From a virus (Duplodnaviria > Heunggongvirae > Uroviricota > Caudoviricetes): 21,105 bases of DNA. The stretch lies in IMG/VR virus record IMGVR_UViG_3300002334_000208; one strand, 5' to 3'. Shown here one piece after another: positions 1-8,917 of the stretch. Position 1 is the first letter of the stretch; each line of letters starts with the position of its first letter. The notes beneath the pieces were generated by a model. The model did not search any database. It was not told the DNA's origin and saw only the letters and a list, made by a program, of their open reading frames with translations. The position numbers and the translations under genes are program-made.

Positions 1-237
1 TTTGAATCTGAATGAATGCGCGCGGCCTTGTCTGGCATAAAAGAATGACAGCAATAGAGAGAATTCTTCTTTTGTCTCTATGCCATAACCAATTACCCAC
101 TTGCCACGAGTTTGAGACCAGTCAATGTTTCTCTGTTCATGCCCGGAAGACAGTTCAAAAATCGTGGTTTTAAATCTTGGTCCACCAGTAGCTCCACGTT
201 CAACGTCTTCTGGTAGGCGTGTGTCATGAAAAGCCAT
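1..237 (-). CDS. Distal tail protein, DUF2460/GTA-like (5' part; runs off window)
   Basis: Manual translation from ATG at 237: MAFHDTRLPEDVERGATGGPRFKTTIFELSSGHEQRNIDWSQTRGKWVIGYGIETKEEFSLLLSFFYARQGRAHSFRFK. Carries the G.E.RN..W and F..R.GRA..FRFK motifs recalled for DUF2460. TAATG overlap with the tape measure stop. Confidence 0.88.
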   Translation of the reverse strand, partial: MAFHDTRLPEDVERGATGGPRFKTTIFELSSGHEQRNIDWSQTRGKWVIGYGIETKEEFSLLLSFFYARQGRAHSFRFK

Positions 238-2729
238 TAGTTATTCCTATCGTTGCTACGCGCCAGTTCTTGAGCAAGCTTAGCCTGCACTTGTTCCGGC
301 GACCGCATGAATGAATCAGCGTCAGGTGTGACAATTGTTATAGAGATATTTTGCACGATGCCATTAGATTCGTTTTGACCTGCACCAGCTTTTTTAGAGT
401 TTGGTGATACAATTACATCCTCACCTTTTGACACTTTAACCACTGGGCGATTATTGATGCTCAGAAGATTATTGTCAACCCCCGAACGCCCATCAATTTT
501 GAATGATCCACCTTTTGCAAAACCAAGGAGATTTTCATTCACTTCACCTTTTTCTCCATCGTTCAGTCCACGATTGTTTGGATCGCCAAGCACAGCAAAC
601 TGATTCAGTTTTTCACCTGGCTGGAACGCTATGATACTACTAGTTTTGGTATTACCACTACCTCCAGAACTACTTCCTGTATTTCCTCCGTTTAATCTTA
701 GTTGTACTTTTTGTTCTGTGACCAGTGCTGCTTGTGCTTTTGCTAATTGTGCTTGAGCAGCCAATAGATTACCCTGCTGTTTAACCAATGCTATTTGTTT
801 ACCAACAGCTCTCAATAATGTTTTTGCCCCAGACTCAAAACTACCAGATGCAAGACCTGCTTTATCGACTACAGCCAATGAACTTCGAGAAAATTCTACA
901 CCAGCTGCAGAGAGCAATTTAGCTCCTTGCACACCTCCGACAGCTGCACCTTGAGCCATACTCTCTCCAGCTCTTTTTCCACCTTCGGAAATACCAGCTT
1001 GCATGTCAGCGATGATTTGATCAAAGTTATCTGAATGAGCCTGTCTCTCAGCATCAGCTGCTTCTTTTCTTTTCTTGATAGTTTCAATAGTTGCTTTATG
1101 AATCGAGTCATACATTTTATCGGCGGCTTCTTTTCCGCCTTTAGCAAATGCTTCCTGAATTTTTTGAGAATTAGATTTGGCTGCTTCTTCTCCGCCTTTT
1201 TTATGTGCTTCTAAAATGCTACCGGCAGCAGCTTCGCCGCCTTCAAGATGTCCTGCTTTAATTGCTTCTGCAGCTTCCTGCCCATCAATCAATACATTGA
1301 TAACACTATTCGCTAAACTTGTTATTCCTAGTGCATCCAGAGTTGCTTTTATGCCTTCGAATATAAATTTAACTGCATCCCAAACAGCTTGAGCAATCTG
1401 TCTAACAACTTTGAATTCTTTTCCAAGACTAACTAAGGCTGCGATCATAGAACCCACGATTACAACGATGCGTACTATTGGATTTGCTAGGAGCACTCTA
1501 AAGAATGTAAGTGTCGCTGTGATGGCTGCAGGTATAGCTTGTCGAGCATAACGAATTAAAATTGCTGTAGATAATGCAATCACAGCAACAGTTGTTCGAC
1601 TGATCGCATTCTCCGGTCCGCCCAGCGCCGAAACAATAGCCGATCCAGCATTTGCGAAGACCGTGCCTAATCCTTTTACAACACGCACAAGGAAATCAAC
1701 TGCTGATCCAATCGAACCAATTATTCCACCGGCACTAATCATTTCTCTTCTGAATAGAACCAAAGCAGTAACGGCACCAATGACAACACGCACCAAAATT
1801 ACCATACTGTTGTTAGATAGAATATTAACTGCCGCCGTAACCGCACCGGTTGCTGCAACAAATGCAAACATGGCTGGCACCAGTATGGATGCAATAGCTC
1901 CACCTACAACCAAAACTGCAGGACCAATAATTTTCATATTATTTGCGATGAACAACATTGCTTGAGAGAACGTCGAAGCGATGCCGGTTGCCTCATTCAG
2001 TGTATTAATAAAGAAGATGACGTTGTTTTCAAGAACAGTAAAAGACTGTGCGATTGTTGGCACTGTTTTTGCAAATTTGTCGTTTAATTCCACACGCGCT
2101 TTTTTGAAAGCATCAAGCACAATTTTTGCGGTAATAGCTCCAGATTTACCCAGCTCACGCAATTCACCACGAGCCACGCCCATGCCTTTCGCGATAACAT
2201 CAGCAACAGCAGGCAACTGCTCCAAAACAGAACGCAGTTCGTCGCCACGCAGAGCGCCAGATGCCAAACCCTGACCCAACTGAATGATACCGTTTGATGC
2301 TTCTTTAGCAGACGCACCAGATAGGATCGTCGCTTGGTTCAAGCTCTCTGTGAAGTTTAGGAGTTCTTGTTGGCTCACACCCATCTCAGCCGTAGCCAGA
2401 GCAACACGAGCATAAATATCAGCTGTGCCTTTAAACGCCGATCTGGAGCGGTTAGCGATGTCGCCCAGCTCACTAGTCACACGTTTAAGGTTCTCGGTAC
2501 CAGTTGTTACCAAGCGCAATCTGTTCTGCATTTCTGTGAAAGTGTCTGAATATTCTTTTAAGACTGACAGGGTTTTTCTGATAGCCAGCAAGCCAAGAAT
2601 TGCTCGCAGATCATCAACACCATTAGCGGCTTTTTTGCCTGCCTTGCCTACAGCTTGAAGGTTTGAACGGACAATTTTTGAGCCCCTATCAGTGACGACA
2701 ATCTCAATGCCTTCTCTAATATTTGCCAT
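237..2729 (-). CDS. Tail tape measure protein (830 aa)
   Basis: Long Ala/Gly-rich helical ORF with the tape-measure N-terminal motif (QLGQGLASGALRGDELRSVLEQLP), a central hydrophobic segment, and position between chaperone/neck and distal tail genes. Confidence 0.93.
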   Translation of the reverse strand: MANIREGIEIVVTDRGSKIVRSNLQAVGKAGKKAANGVDDLRAILGLLAIRKTLSVLKEYSDTFTEMQNRLRLVTTGTENLKRVTSELGDIANRSRSAFKGTADIYARVALATAEMGVSQQELLNFTESLNQATILSGASAKEASNGIIQLGQGLASGALRGDELRSVLEQLPAVADVIAKGMGVARGELRELGKSGAITAKIVLDAFKKARVELNDKFAKTVPTIAQSFTVLENNVIFFINTLNEATGIASTFSQAMLFIANNMKIIGPAVLVVGGAIASILVPAMFAFVAATGAVTAAVNILSNNSMVILVRVVIGAVTALVLFRREMISAGGIIGSIGSAVDFLVRVVKGLGTVFANAGSAIVSALGGPENAISRTTVAVIALSTAILIRYARQAIPAAITATLTFFRVLLANPIVRIVVIVGSMIAALVSLGKEFKVVRQIAQAVWDAVKFIFEGIKATLDALGITSLANSVINVLIDGQEAAEAIKAGHLEGGEAAAGSILEAHKKGGEEAAKSNSQKIQEAFAKGGKEAADKMYDSIHKATIETIKKRKEAADAERQAHSDNFDQIIADMQAGISEGGKRAGESMAQGAAVGGVQGAKLLSAAGVEFSRSSLAVVDKAGLASGSFESGAKTLLRAVGKQIALVKQQGNLLAAQAQLAKAQAALVTEQKVQLRLNGGNTGSSSGGSGNTKTSSIIAFQPGEKLNQFAVLGDPNNRGLNDGEKGEVNENLLGFAKGGSFKIDGRSGVDNNLLSINNRPVVKVSKGEDVIVSPNSKKAGAGQNESNGIVQNISITIVTPDADSFMRSPEQVQAKLAQELARSNDRNN

Positions 2730-2737
2730 TTATTATC

Positions 2738-3160
2738 CTAACTCATCCAGACTGATTCTGCTCTGCCCAGTGCATCAATTGCCGCTCGCACCGCTCGTCT
2801 TACGAAACCGGATGGAGCCTGATCACTATGCCCTTCGTTCAAAGCAGTAATGTGTTCTATTCTATTGGTCAAAAACACAGCCTGCTCTGGCTGCGCTTGA
2901 TCAATCGTTCTATTATTTTTGGAAATAGTAGACACACCGCCCTGGTCTAAACCAGTTGATATGTCAGAACCAAATCCTAAAGTTGCACTCCAACCACCTC
3001 GTGCCTCACCAGTGTCAACCGGGGTATCGAGAACTACGAATTGATTTGCAGCTTTCGCTACCAATTTTTTCGCTTCATTGGTGCCTGTGACAACCTGTTT
3101 TGCTCGGCGATTCATTCGGGCTTGAAAGCTGGCAATTCCTGTCTTAAAACTGCCAGCCAT
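2738..3160 (-). CDS. Neck/tail-completion protein, HK97 gp10-like (140 aa)
   Basis: TPVDTGEARGGW and LNEGHSDQAPSGFV motifs typical of this family; located in the tail module. Confidence 0.75.
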   Translation of the reverse strand: MAGSFKTGIASFQARMNRRAKQVVTGTNEAKKLVAKAANQFVVLDTPVDTGEARGGWSATLGFGSDISTGLDQGGVSTISKNNRTIDQAQPEQAVFLTNRIEHITALNEGHSDQAPSGFVRRAVRAAIDALGRAESVWMS

Positions 3161-3163
3161 AAT

Positions 3164-3490
3164 CTAAACCTTCTTTTTACTTTTTGCCGTGTAGAACTTG
3201 TCCTGTGTTGCATCCATTGCCACTATATGATGGTGCATGGCTTCGGTTTGCGTATTATCCAGTTCCAGTTCTTTACAATAATTTTGAACAGCGCTCCAAG
3301 GAATGGCACCATCGGTGCGCTCGCTATTCAAGTCTTTAAATGCATTGTAGAACAATCCTAAACCTAATTGCAGGTCCGGCGCGTCTTCAATGGATTTTGG
3401 GTATTTCTTACCACCAGCACGCTTTACTTGTTCTAATATGTTTCGTTCGGTCGGTCCTTGCTTTAGCGAATAAAGCAGAACCTCTGTTAG
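3164..3490 (-). CDS. Tail assembly chaperone gpT-like segment reached by -1 frameshift (gpGT fusion about 257 aa)
   Basis: The -1 frame is open from the slippery site to the stop at 3164 (LTEVLLYSLKQGPTERNILEQVKR...GLGLFYNAF...KKKV) and includes track ORF 3164..3355. Confidence 0.8.
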   Translation of the reverse strand, partial: LTEVLLYSLKQGPTERNILEQVKRAGGKKYPKSIEDAPDLQLGLGLFYNAFKDLNSERTDGAIPWSAVQNYCKELELDNTQTEAMHHHIVAMDATQDKFYTAKSKKKV

Positions 3491-3936
3491 TTTTTTGCCT
3501 CTTGCTCCAGATCATCGACGCGGAAAGTAGCAGCTTGTTCTGCTGCGTCTTTCACTGCGATAAATAGTTCTGGCAGAGCTTTGAAAGTGGCAACTACATT
3601 TTCTGGCGTGAATGAGATGTTCTTCCCATCTTTGCCTTCAATGGCTGAAACCCAGACATCTTTGTCTTCGTTTTTCTCTTCTTGAGATTTGACAGTCCAA
3701 CCAACAACAATTGATTCGGCATAGGCTTGGTACAGGATGTCCATTGCCACATCTTCGTGCATTGTGTTAGCTGCAAGGGCTCGACGATGTGGACGAGATT
3801 TTGCCTCCATCACTTTTGCATATTTCTTGTTGGCTCCACCGGCGCGCGCGATGCGAATACGGAAAGAACCATAATCCAGTTCAACTCCACCTTTTTCAAG
3901 GTCGTCGTTAGTTTGGAAGCTTGAGTACATTGACAT
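3487..3936 (-). CDS. Tail assembly chaperone gpG-like (149 aa)
   Basis: Directly after the tail tube gene; RIRIARAGGANKKY motif; ends GAG GCA AAA AAC TAA. Confidence 0.82.
   Translation of the reverse strand: MSMYSSFQTNDDLEKGGVELDYGSFRIRIARAGGANKKYAKVMEAKSRPHRRALAANTMHEDVAMDILYQAYAESIVVGWTVKSQEEKNEDKDVWVSAIEGKDGKNISFTPENVVATFKALPELFIAVKDAAEQAATFRVDDLEQEAKN
3490..3496 (-). promoter_or_regulatory. Programmed -1 frameshift slippery heptamer A AAA AAC
   Basis: XXXYYYZ heptamer in the correct phase immediately before the gpG stop; downstream -1 frame is open for 108 codons. Confidence 0.8.
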
Positions 3937-3977
3937 AATAAAATCCTTCGGGTTATCGGGTTTTTGTGGAGCAGTTT

Positions 3978-5534
3978 TTACGCTGCAGCCACGGTAGGTA
4001 GGTAATCAAAGAACACCATCATCATAGTGTAATCTAGAGTTGGATCGATAGACGCAGCTGTCGCAGCATCCATATCAAGAGGGAGCTTGATTGGTTCATC
4101 TTGTTCGATATTTGGACGACCATCACCAAGCGTGATAAGAGGCACATCAAGAACGATACCTGCATTGTTTTTAGACAGTGCGATATCCAGTGTGATGCTT
4201 GTGTTTGCACGAACAGATTCGATGGCAGCCACGTCCGCAAAATAAACTTCGAGAGAACCAGACACTTGGAAAGTACCAGCAGTCACATCGAATGAACCTA
4301 GAGTACCAACCGCTTTGTTTGGAGACAGGTTGTTATTCAGCGTAATTGTGATATCGCTTGCGAAAGCGAATAGTGGGTCTGGCGCTTCGTTAGACGAGCT
4401 CACAGCAGCCAATTTAATGCGACTGAAATCAGAGCTTGTGTTAAATGCGTCAGTTTCGACAAGAGAAGGTCTGTTTCCTGTTTTCAGAGAAGTAGGACCA
4501 TCAATTGTTGAGCTGTTTGTTCCCATGAACGAAAGATCAGCAGTCATGATATCAGCAGTAGGAATGTTGAATGTCACTTCACCTGGTACCTGACCTTCAA
4601 GATATTCGGCTTGAATTTCTGCTGTGAGCGCACCATCTGGCGCACCAAGGGTACGTTCAAAATTATAAGAACGGCGTTTGATCAACGCAGCAAGTTCGTT
4701 TTTCAGCACGCGCCCGAAGAACACATTAACTGTCAGAGAGCCAGCGCTTTCGACAACCATTACGCTGTCAGACTTGTCAAATTCAATGTACGTTGCGGCA
4801 ACGCTACGGATACGTTTGAAGCCATTATTTTCTGCGTTTGTGAACACAGTACCGGCACCATCAGAACCAATGTACATCCACTCGCCGGGGATAAGCCCAA
4901 AATCGGTAAAGTCTTTTGCACCGGTTGTACGAACAAGGCGAGGTAGTGGGTTGGTAACGTCAATTTCAACTTCGCCAGCTACAAAAGCGTGACCGACATT
5001 TACGATGCGCGCAGTTGCAGGCGGTGAAGCCTCCGCGATAAGAACACCATCAGCGACTTCAACAGAAGTGTTGAGTACAATTGCTGTTATAGCATTCACT
5101 GCATTGTTTGCAGCATTCGTGAAATTTTGACCTTGGATCAGGTCGTCAACTTGGTATGCCCCAGTTGCAGCAACTTCGTATTCATCTGGGTTACCAGAAT
5201 CAACGTCAACGACTGTAACAAGTTCTTCACCTTTTATGCGATGATCTGCGAAAAAGAATCCTTGTAGGATATCTTGCAGGTTTGTTTGTGTAACATCGGT
5301 GCCAAAGCCACCATTTGCATCGAGATCAACAACAACACCTTTTTTACGCTGGCGTGAATCGTTGATTGGATTACGGGCTTTCGTCGTGATCGAACCACCA
5401 AAGTCGTCGTAGCCATTAGGCTCAAGAGGAATCCAGTCAGGAGTGCCGGGCAGAGTACCAAGCGTGGCACCAATTACTTCTTCCGCATAGCGCAGCCCAG
5501 TGGCATTACTATCAATTTTTACTGCTGCGACCAT
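3978..5534 (-). CDS. Major tail tube protein (probable ATG start at 5534; about 518 aa)
   Basis: KIDSN.TGLRYAEE, W..LEPN.Y.DFGG and C-terminal GTFQVSGSLEVYF motifs resemble YuA/M6/phiJL001-type tail tubes (recalled). Followed by the chaperone; has its own upstream promoter motif. Confidence 0.88.
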   Translation of the reverse strand: MVAAVKIDSNATGLRYAEEVIGATLGTLPGTPDWIPLEPNGYDDFGGSITTKARNPINDSRQRKKGVVVDLDANGGFGTDVTQTNLQDILQGFFFADHRIKGEELVTVVDVDSGNPDEYEVAATGAYQVDDLIQGQNFTNAANNAVNAITAIVLNTSVEVADGVLIAEASPPATARIVNVGHAFVAGEVEIDVTNPLPRLVRTTGAKDFTDFGLIPGEWMYIGSDGAGTVFTNAENNGFKRIRSVAATYIEFDKSDSVMVVESAGSLTVNVFFGRVLKNELAALIKRRSYNFERTLGAPDGALTAEIQAEYLEGQVPGEVTFNIPTADIMTADLSFMGTNSSTIDGPTSLKTGNRPSLVETDAFNTSSDFSRIKLAAVSSSNEAPDPLFAFASDITITLNNNLSPNKAVGTLGSFDVTAGTFQVSGSLEVYFADVAAIESVRANTSITLDIALSKNNAGIVLDVPLITLGDGRPNIEQDEPIKLPLDMDAATAASIDPTLDYTMMMVFFDYLPTVAAA

Positions 5535-5562
5535 TTCGAATTCCAATCTTGTTGTAAAGGAG

Positions 5563-5612
5563 CGGGAGCATCCAACCCGACAATGGACACCCCCTAACTT
5601 TCCCGAGTCGGG
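5563..5612 (-). promoter_or_regulatory. Structured 5' leader of tail tube mRNA (possible pseudoknot)
   Basis: CGGGA/TCCCG and GTGTCCA/TGGATGC stems; loop GTCGGG is complementary to upstream CCCGAC. Confidence 0.4.
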
Positions 5613-5634
5613 GCCGGTTAATTAATTTGGATAG

Positions 5635-5665
5635 ATTGTCTCACAGCGTTAACCATAAATCAAGA
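5635..5665 (-). promoter_or_regulatory. Late promoter candidate (TTGATT-17 bp-GACAAT) with CtrA-like TTGA-N7-TTAAC
   Basis: 31 bp, 30/31 identical to 19362-19392; intergenic, upstream of the tail tube gene. Confidence 0.72.
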
Positions 5666-5681
5666 AATATTTTAAATGGCT

Positions 5682-7535
5682 CTATATGGGCTTGACACTT
5701 GAAAACCGGTCAATTTGAATAAGACACTGTGTAATTGGGTCTCTTTTTGCCATCCATTGCAATTCATCTCGAATTCCAGCAGGCACATCTTGCGTTGATG
5801 CGCCTCTGAGCTCGACTAAATGGTCTGTGATAATGACGCTAGGAATCGTAAAAACGTAAACATTTCCAGATAAGTCATTGTAATTCCAAGACAAAGATAT
5901 TGTGTCGTGATTCACAAAATTATTGTATAAATCCAGTGTCTCAAAATAAGCTTCTAGCGATCCAGAAATTTCAAAACGTCCAAGTCCTACATCAATCGGA
6001 TATTTTGTTCCAACTGCAAATTGCTTTTTCGCATTTGCATCAATATCCAATACTACTTTTTCCACTGCAGTTGTCATCGGCAAACCATCTTTACTAATAT
6101 TTCCGATATTCGCCGTGCAATGAATTACATTTGTGGTTACAGATCGTAATCTATTATACGAAGATGCATTGAACTGATCCATTTGTGTCAGAGACTCCAG
6201 CACTGTACCCGACACTAAATTATCTCCATCTTTCAGCAGAATGGAATCTCTCGGTGTGACTCTTCTTCCTTCCAGGGCAACCTCGCCCATCACCATTTGT
6301 CCCGCCATCATGTGCAGCGACAATGCAGATACTCTCATGCCATCTTGCAGGCTGCTAATTCCTAAATCTTCGTACTGTTCTTCAATCGTGAATGATTTTT
6401 TTGATGCCTGTGGGTCGGTTGGATTTTTCAACACCGATCCTTTTATTGCTACAGCTCCAAGAACCGCCACACTTGGTGGGTGAGGCGTCACAGTTAGAGT
6501 GTCTGCACCAGCAGCCGTAATCGTGAAGAAACCGCGTGCAGCGGCTGCGCTGGCAACAGAAACAGTAGAAAAAACCATTGCTCCACCTGAATCCACCATT
6601 TCGGCAGCTATGGCGGTTACTAAGTTCGTCAGAAAATACAAAGTGACAACAGAGCCAGATACGGTTGCCCGGATGCCAATGTCTCCAGAGTTGTTTTTTT
6701 CATTGATCGCCGAGCAGATATTAGTAGCAGAATCAGCACTGGTTGCTCCAGTAGCAAAATCGACACCGGCAAATAACGAAATTATATCGATACCGTCAGT
6801 CATAGAGACATTATCGCCAGCAGTCACGGTGGCGCTGAATGTGATTGTTTGATTAGAAAATGTGATTGATCCGGTAGGAATATCAAGATAAATTCTCTGA
6901 CCTACAACAAACGATCCTAATTCATTATTCCCATTGCTATCAATTGTCGAATTACCACCTGTACCCAAACGAATGTCTGAACTTTGAACAACCACATCAT
7001 TTGCATCGATCAGAAACGCATAGCCATTTGTTGCCTCAATAGTGCCGGGAGACGTAGTAAAGGTGATCGTTGTATCAGTAGCACCAAAAGAAATTGTGCT
7101 GATAGCATTGTATCCATTATTGCCTTGAGTCAGAAATCCTTCCAGCTTCACGATTTGACCCACAAAGAAGTATCCAGTTACATCTGCGCCAGACACCACT
7201 ATGGTGTTATTGGCTGTCCAAGCAACGTCACCAAATTTGTCAAACGTCATTGATCTCGACCAAGTGCCTGATAAAACAGCCTCTAAGAAAGCATCGTGTG
7301 ACCCTGCACTTATTTCAAATGATTGTTGGGAATTGGCACCATGAGTCACTTCAACTATTCTGCTCACCATGCGGTCGCTATTAAGCTGCCCATTGAGTAC
7401 TGAATCTTTTTCTGTTATGAGATTGTTATGGATGAAATTTATAACTCGCGCAGAGCCATTGACTGGAGTTTGTCCCCATTCAGTTTCATCAAGGATAACA
7501 AGTTTGGAATCTTGAGGGTGGGCTATTTCGGTCAC
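5682..7535 (-). CDS. Second tail-tube-like protein (617 aa)
   Basis: GTG start after a GGAG SD. N-terminal ETEWGQTP...SDRMV...FEISAGSHDAFL and C-terminal GRFEISGSLEAYF resemble tail tube signatures (phiCbK-like by recall); long beta-rich insertion in the middle. Confidence 0.72.
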   Translation of the reverse strand: MTEIAHPQDSKLVILDETEWGQTPVNGSARVINFIHNNLITEKDSVLNGQLNSDRMVSRIVEVTHGANSQQSFEISAGSHDAFLEAVLSGTWSRSMTFDKFGDVAWTANNTIVVSGADVTGYFFVGQIVKLEGFLTQGNNGYNAISTISFGATDTTITFTTSPGTIEATNGYAFLIDANDVVVQSSDIRLGTGGNSTIDSNGNNELGSFVVGQRIYLDIPTGSITFSNQTITFSATVTAGDNVSMTDGIDIISLFAGVDFATGATSADSATNICSAINEKNNSGDIGIRATVSGSVVTLYFLTNLVTAIAAEMVDSGGAMVFSTVSVASAAAARGFFTITAAGADTLTVTPHPPSVAVLGAVAIKGSVLKNPTDPQASKKSFTIEEQYEDLGISSLQDGMRVSALSLHMMAGQMVMGEVALEGRRVTPRDSILLKDGDNLVSGTVLESLTQMDQFNASSYNRLRSVTTNVIHCTANIGNISKDGLPMTTAVEKVVLDIDANAKKQFAVGTKYPIDVGLGRFEISGSLEAYFETLDLYNNFVNHDTISLSWNYNDLSGNVYVFTIPSVIITDHLVELRGASTQDVPAGIRDELQWMAKRDPITQCLIQIDRFSSVKPI

Positions 7536-7537
7536 GC

Positions 7538-7957
7538 TTAAACTCCTTTAGTATCGATCAAATAACTGATATCTAAAGACAGCGAATACCGCCCATTTTT
7601 CAAAAGCATATTTTCATAATTTGGTTCGCCCATGACAACACGTCCGCCTGTCACAGGATACTCTTTTTCTGCGAAGTAGTTTCCTAGAAATTCAGCAACA
7701 GCATCGCGCTCCGCTGTAGCTGTGTCTTTTGCAGCTGACACTTCTACTTGGAAACGCCCATGAGATCGACGTGGCTTTACAGAGCCAATGCCCGTTCTCA
7801 TCGAATTTCCTGGATACATTTGCGGTGCAACTTCCAAGGCTTCATTTGTTTCATCTCGGTCGTCGTTTTCCCATCTTATTTCAACAGCCGGATACGATGC
7901 TGTGAGCTGTGCCAGCAACCGTGTCTCTAATGCTCGTCTAACTTCTAAGTGGCTCAT
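7538..7957 (-). CDS. Tail terminator-like protein (139 aa; start MSHLEV at 7957)
   Basis: IRWEN...HGRFQVEV pattern and position before the tail tube genes; TAATG overlap with the upstream gene supports the 7957 start. Confidence 0.7.
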   Translation of the reverse strand: MSHLEVRRALETRLLAQLTASYPAVEIRWENDDRDETNEALEVAPQMYPGNSMRTGIGSVKPRRSHGRFQVEVSAAKDTATAERDAVAEFLGNYFAEKEYPVTGGRVVMGEPNYENMLLKNGRYSLSLDISYLIDTKGV

Positions 7958-8331
7958 TATCTTTTTCTCAAATGTAGCATAGCCAAGCCTTCGCCGGGTA
8001 CGCCTTTTGCTTTGACAATATCCCAAACAACGCCTTTTGCTGTCACGGTATCATTGTCGTTTGGTGTGAATGTTTGGTCTTTAAGAGGGAACAGGCATTT
8101 GATATCTGTGCGCCCATTTATGCTTTCATCCTTTTCTTGCTCGGACGCGGTATAGTCCGGCAGAGATGCCAATGAAATGACATGATCAACCACTGTCTTT
8201 GCTGTGTTCGCAGACGTAGCCGGATCATAAGCTGAGTCACCTTGTTCGTGATATGTGATTTGTTCTGATAAGTCGTCTGTGATCTCGAAAGCAGTTACGA
8301 CGAGACCGGCAACTAAATCTTTAAGAGCCAT
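7957..8331 (-). CDS. Head closure / head-tail joining protein (124 aa)
   Basis: YDPATS and WDIV motifs, size and synteny between adaptor and terminator. Confidence 0.65.
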   Translation of the reverse strand: MALKDLVAGLVVTAFEITDDLSEQITYHEQGDSAYDPATSANTAKTVVDHVISLASLPDYTASEQEKDESINGRTDIKCLFPLKDQTFTPNDNDTVTAKGVVWDIVKAKGVPGEGLAMLHLRKR

Positions 8332-8333
8332 GT

Positions 8334-8855
8334 TTAACTCCTTACAATTTTGCCGAACGAACTGCCATTTGCGTTTTTGACACTTCCAAGGTCTTCAATT
8401 AACAGGAACACATCATTTGGAATGGTAATGGCGGTGTATCCTGTAGTGAACGTAATTTCGATTACATCCACGACCAATTTTTCGATGCCTGCAGAATCAA
8501 GAGGCTCGCCAAGATCACGCGCCAGAAGAAACCTTGTCAGTTCCATGATCGCGTATTGCAGTCGGATCGGGATTGTTGTATCCGTGATCAGAATATTTTC
8601 ATGATCATAGGCATAAGACCGAGGCCAAGCCAGGATATATGTCTCGTTCAGTTTTGTTCCTTCGAACGCCATACGGTATTCGATATAGCGGGTAGCCCAC
8701 ACAAGAACTCGCTCTTTTTGATCGTCTGACAATGCATCCCAGACAAGAAAAGCATTAGCGTTCGCTTCAATATAGTCGCTGGCAGCAGCAAGCGTAACGT
8801 AGCCGTTAGCTCCCGCAACTCCTGATCCATCTTCAATTACATAACTGAATGCCAT
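8334..8855 (-). CDS. Head-tail adaptor, DnaT-like family (173 aa)
   Basis: IEDGSGVAGANGYVT and LAWPRS...IP..LQYA motifs recalled for this adaptor family. Confidence 0.8.
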   Translation of the reverse strand: MAFSYVIEDGSGVAGANGYVTLAAASDYIEANANAFLVWDALSDDQKERVLVWATRYIEYRMAFEGTKLNETYILAWPRSYAYDHENILITDTTIPIRLQYAIMELTRFLLARDLGEPLDSAGIEKLVVDVIEITFTTGYTAITIPNDVFLLIEDLGSVKNANGSSFGKIVRS

Positions 8856-8882
8856 ATTTTGTCCAATTCATATTTGAATCGC

Positions 8883-8917
8883 ATTCTACCACAGAGACAT
8901 GGTTAACGCTACATTTA
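8883..8917 (-). promoter_or_regulatory. Promoter candidate for head-tail genes: TAAA-N7-TTAAC plus extended -10 TGgTAGAAT
   Basis: Read directly; shares GTTAACCATRTCTC with the 10173-10186 site. Confidence 0.5.

Noticed and set aside
1-237. Possible frameshift in the DUF2460 gene
   Set aside because: Careful re-reading shows one continuous frame to the window edge.
7958-8026. Track start at 8026 for the terminator gene (likewise 5546 and 9859 for other genes)
   Set aside because: These overlap upstream genes or lack an SD; coupled ATGs at 7957, 5534 and 9814 fit better.
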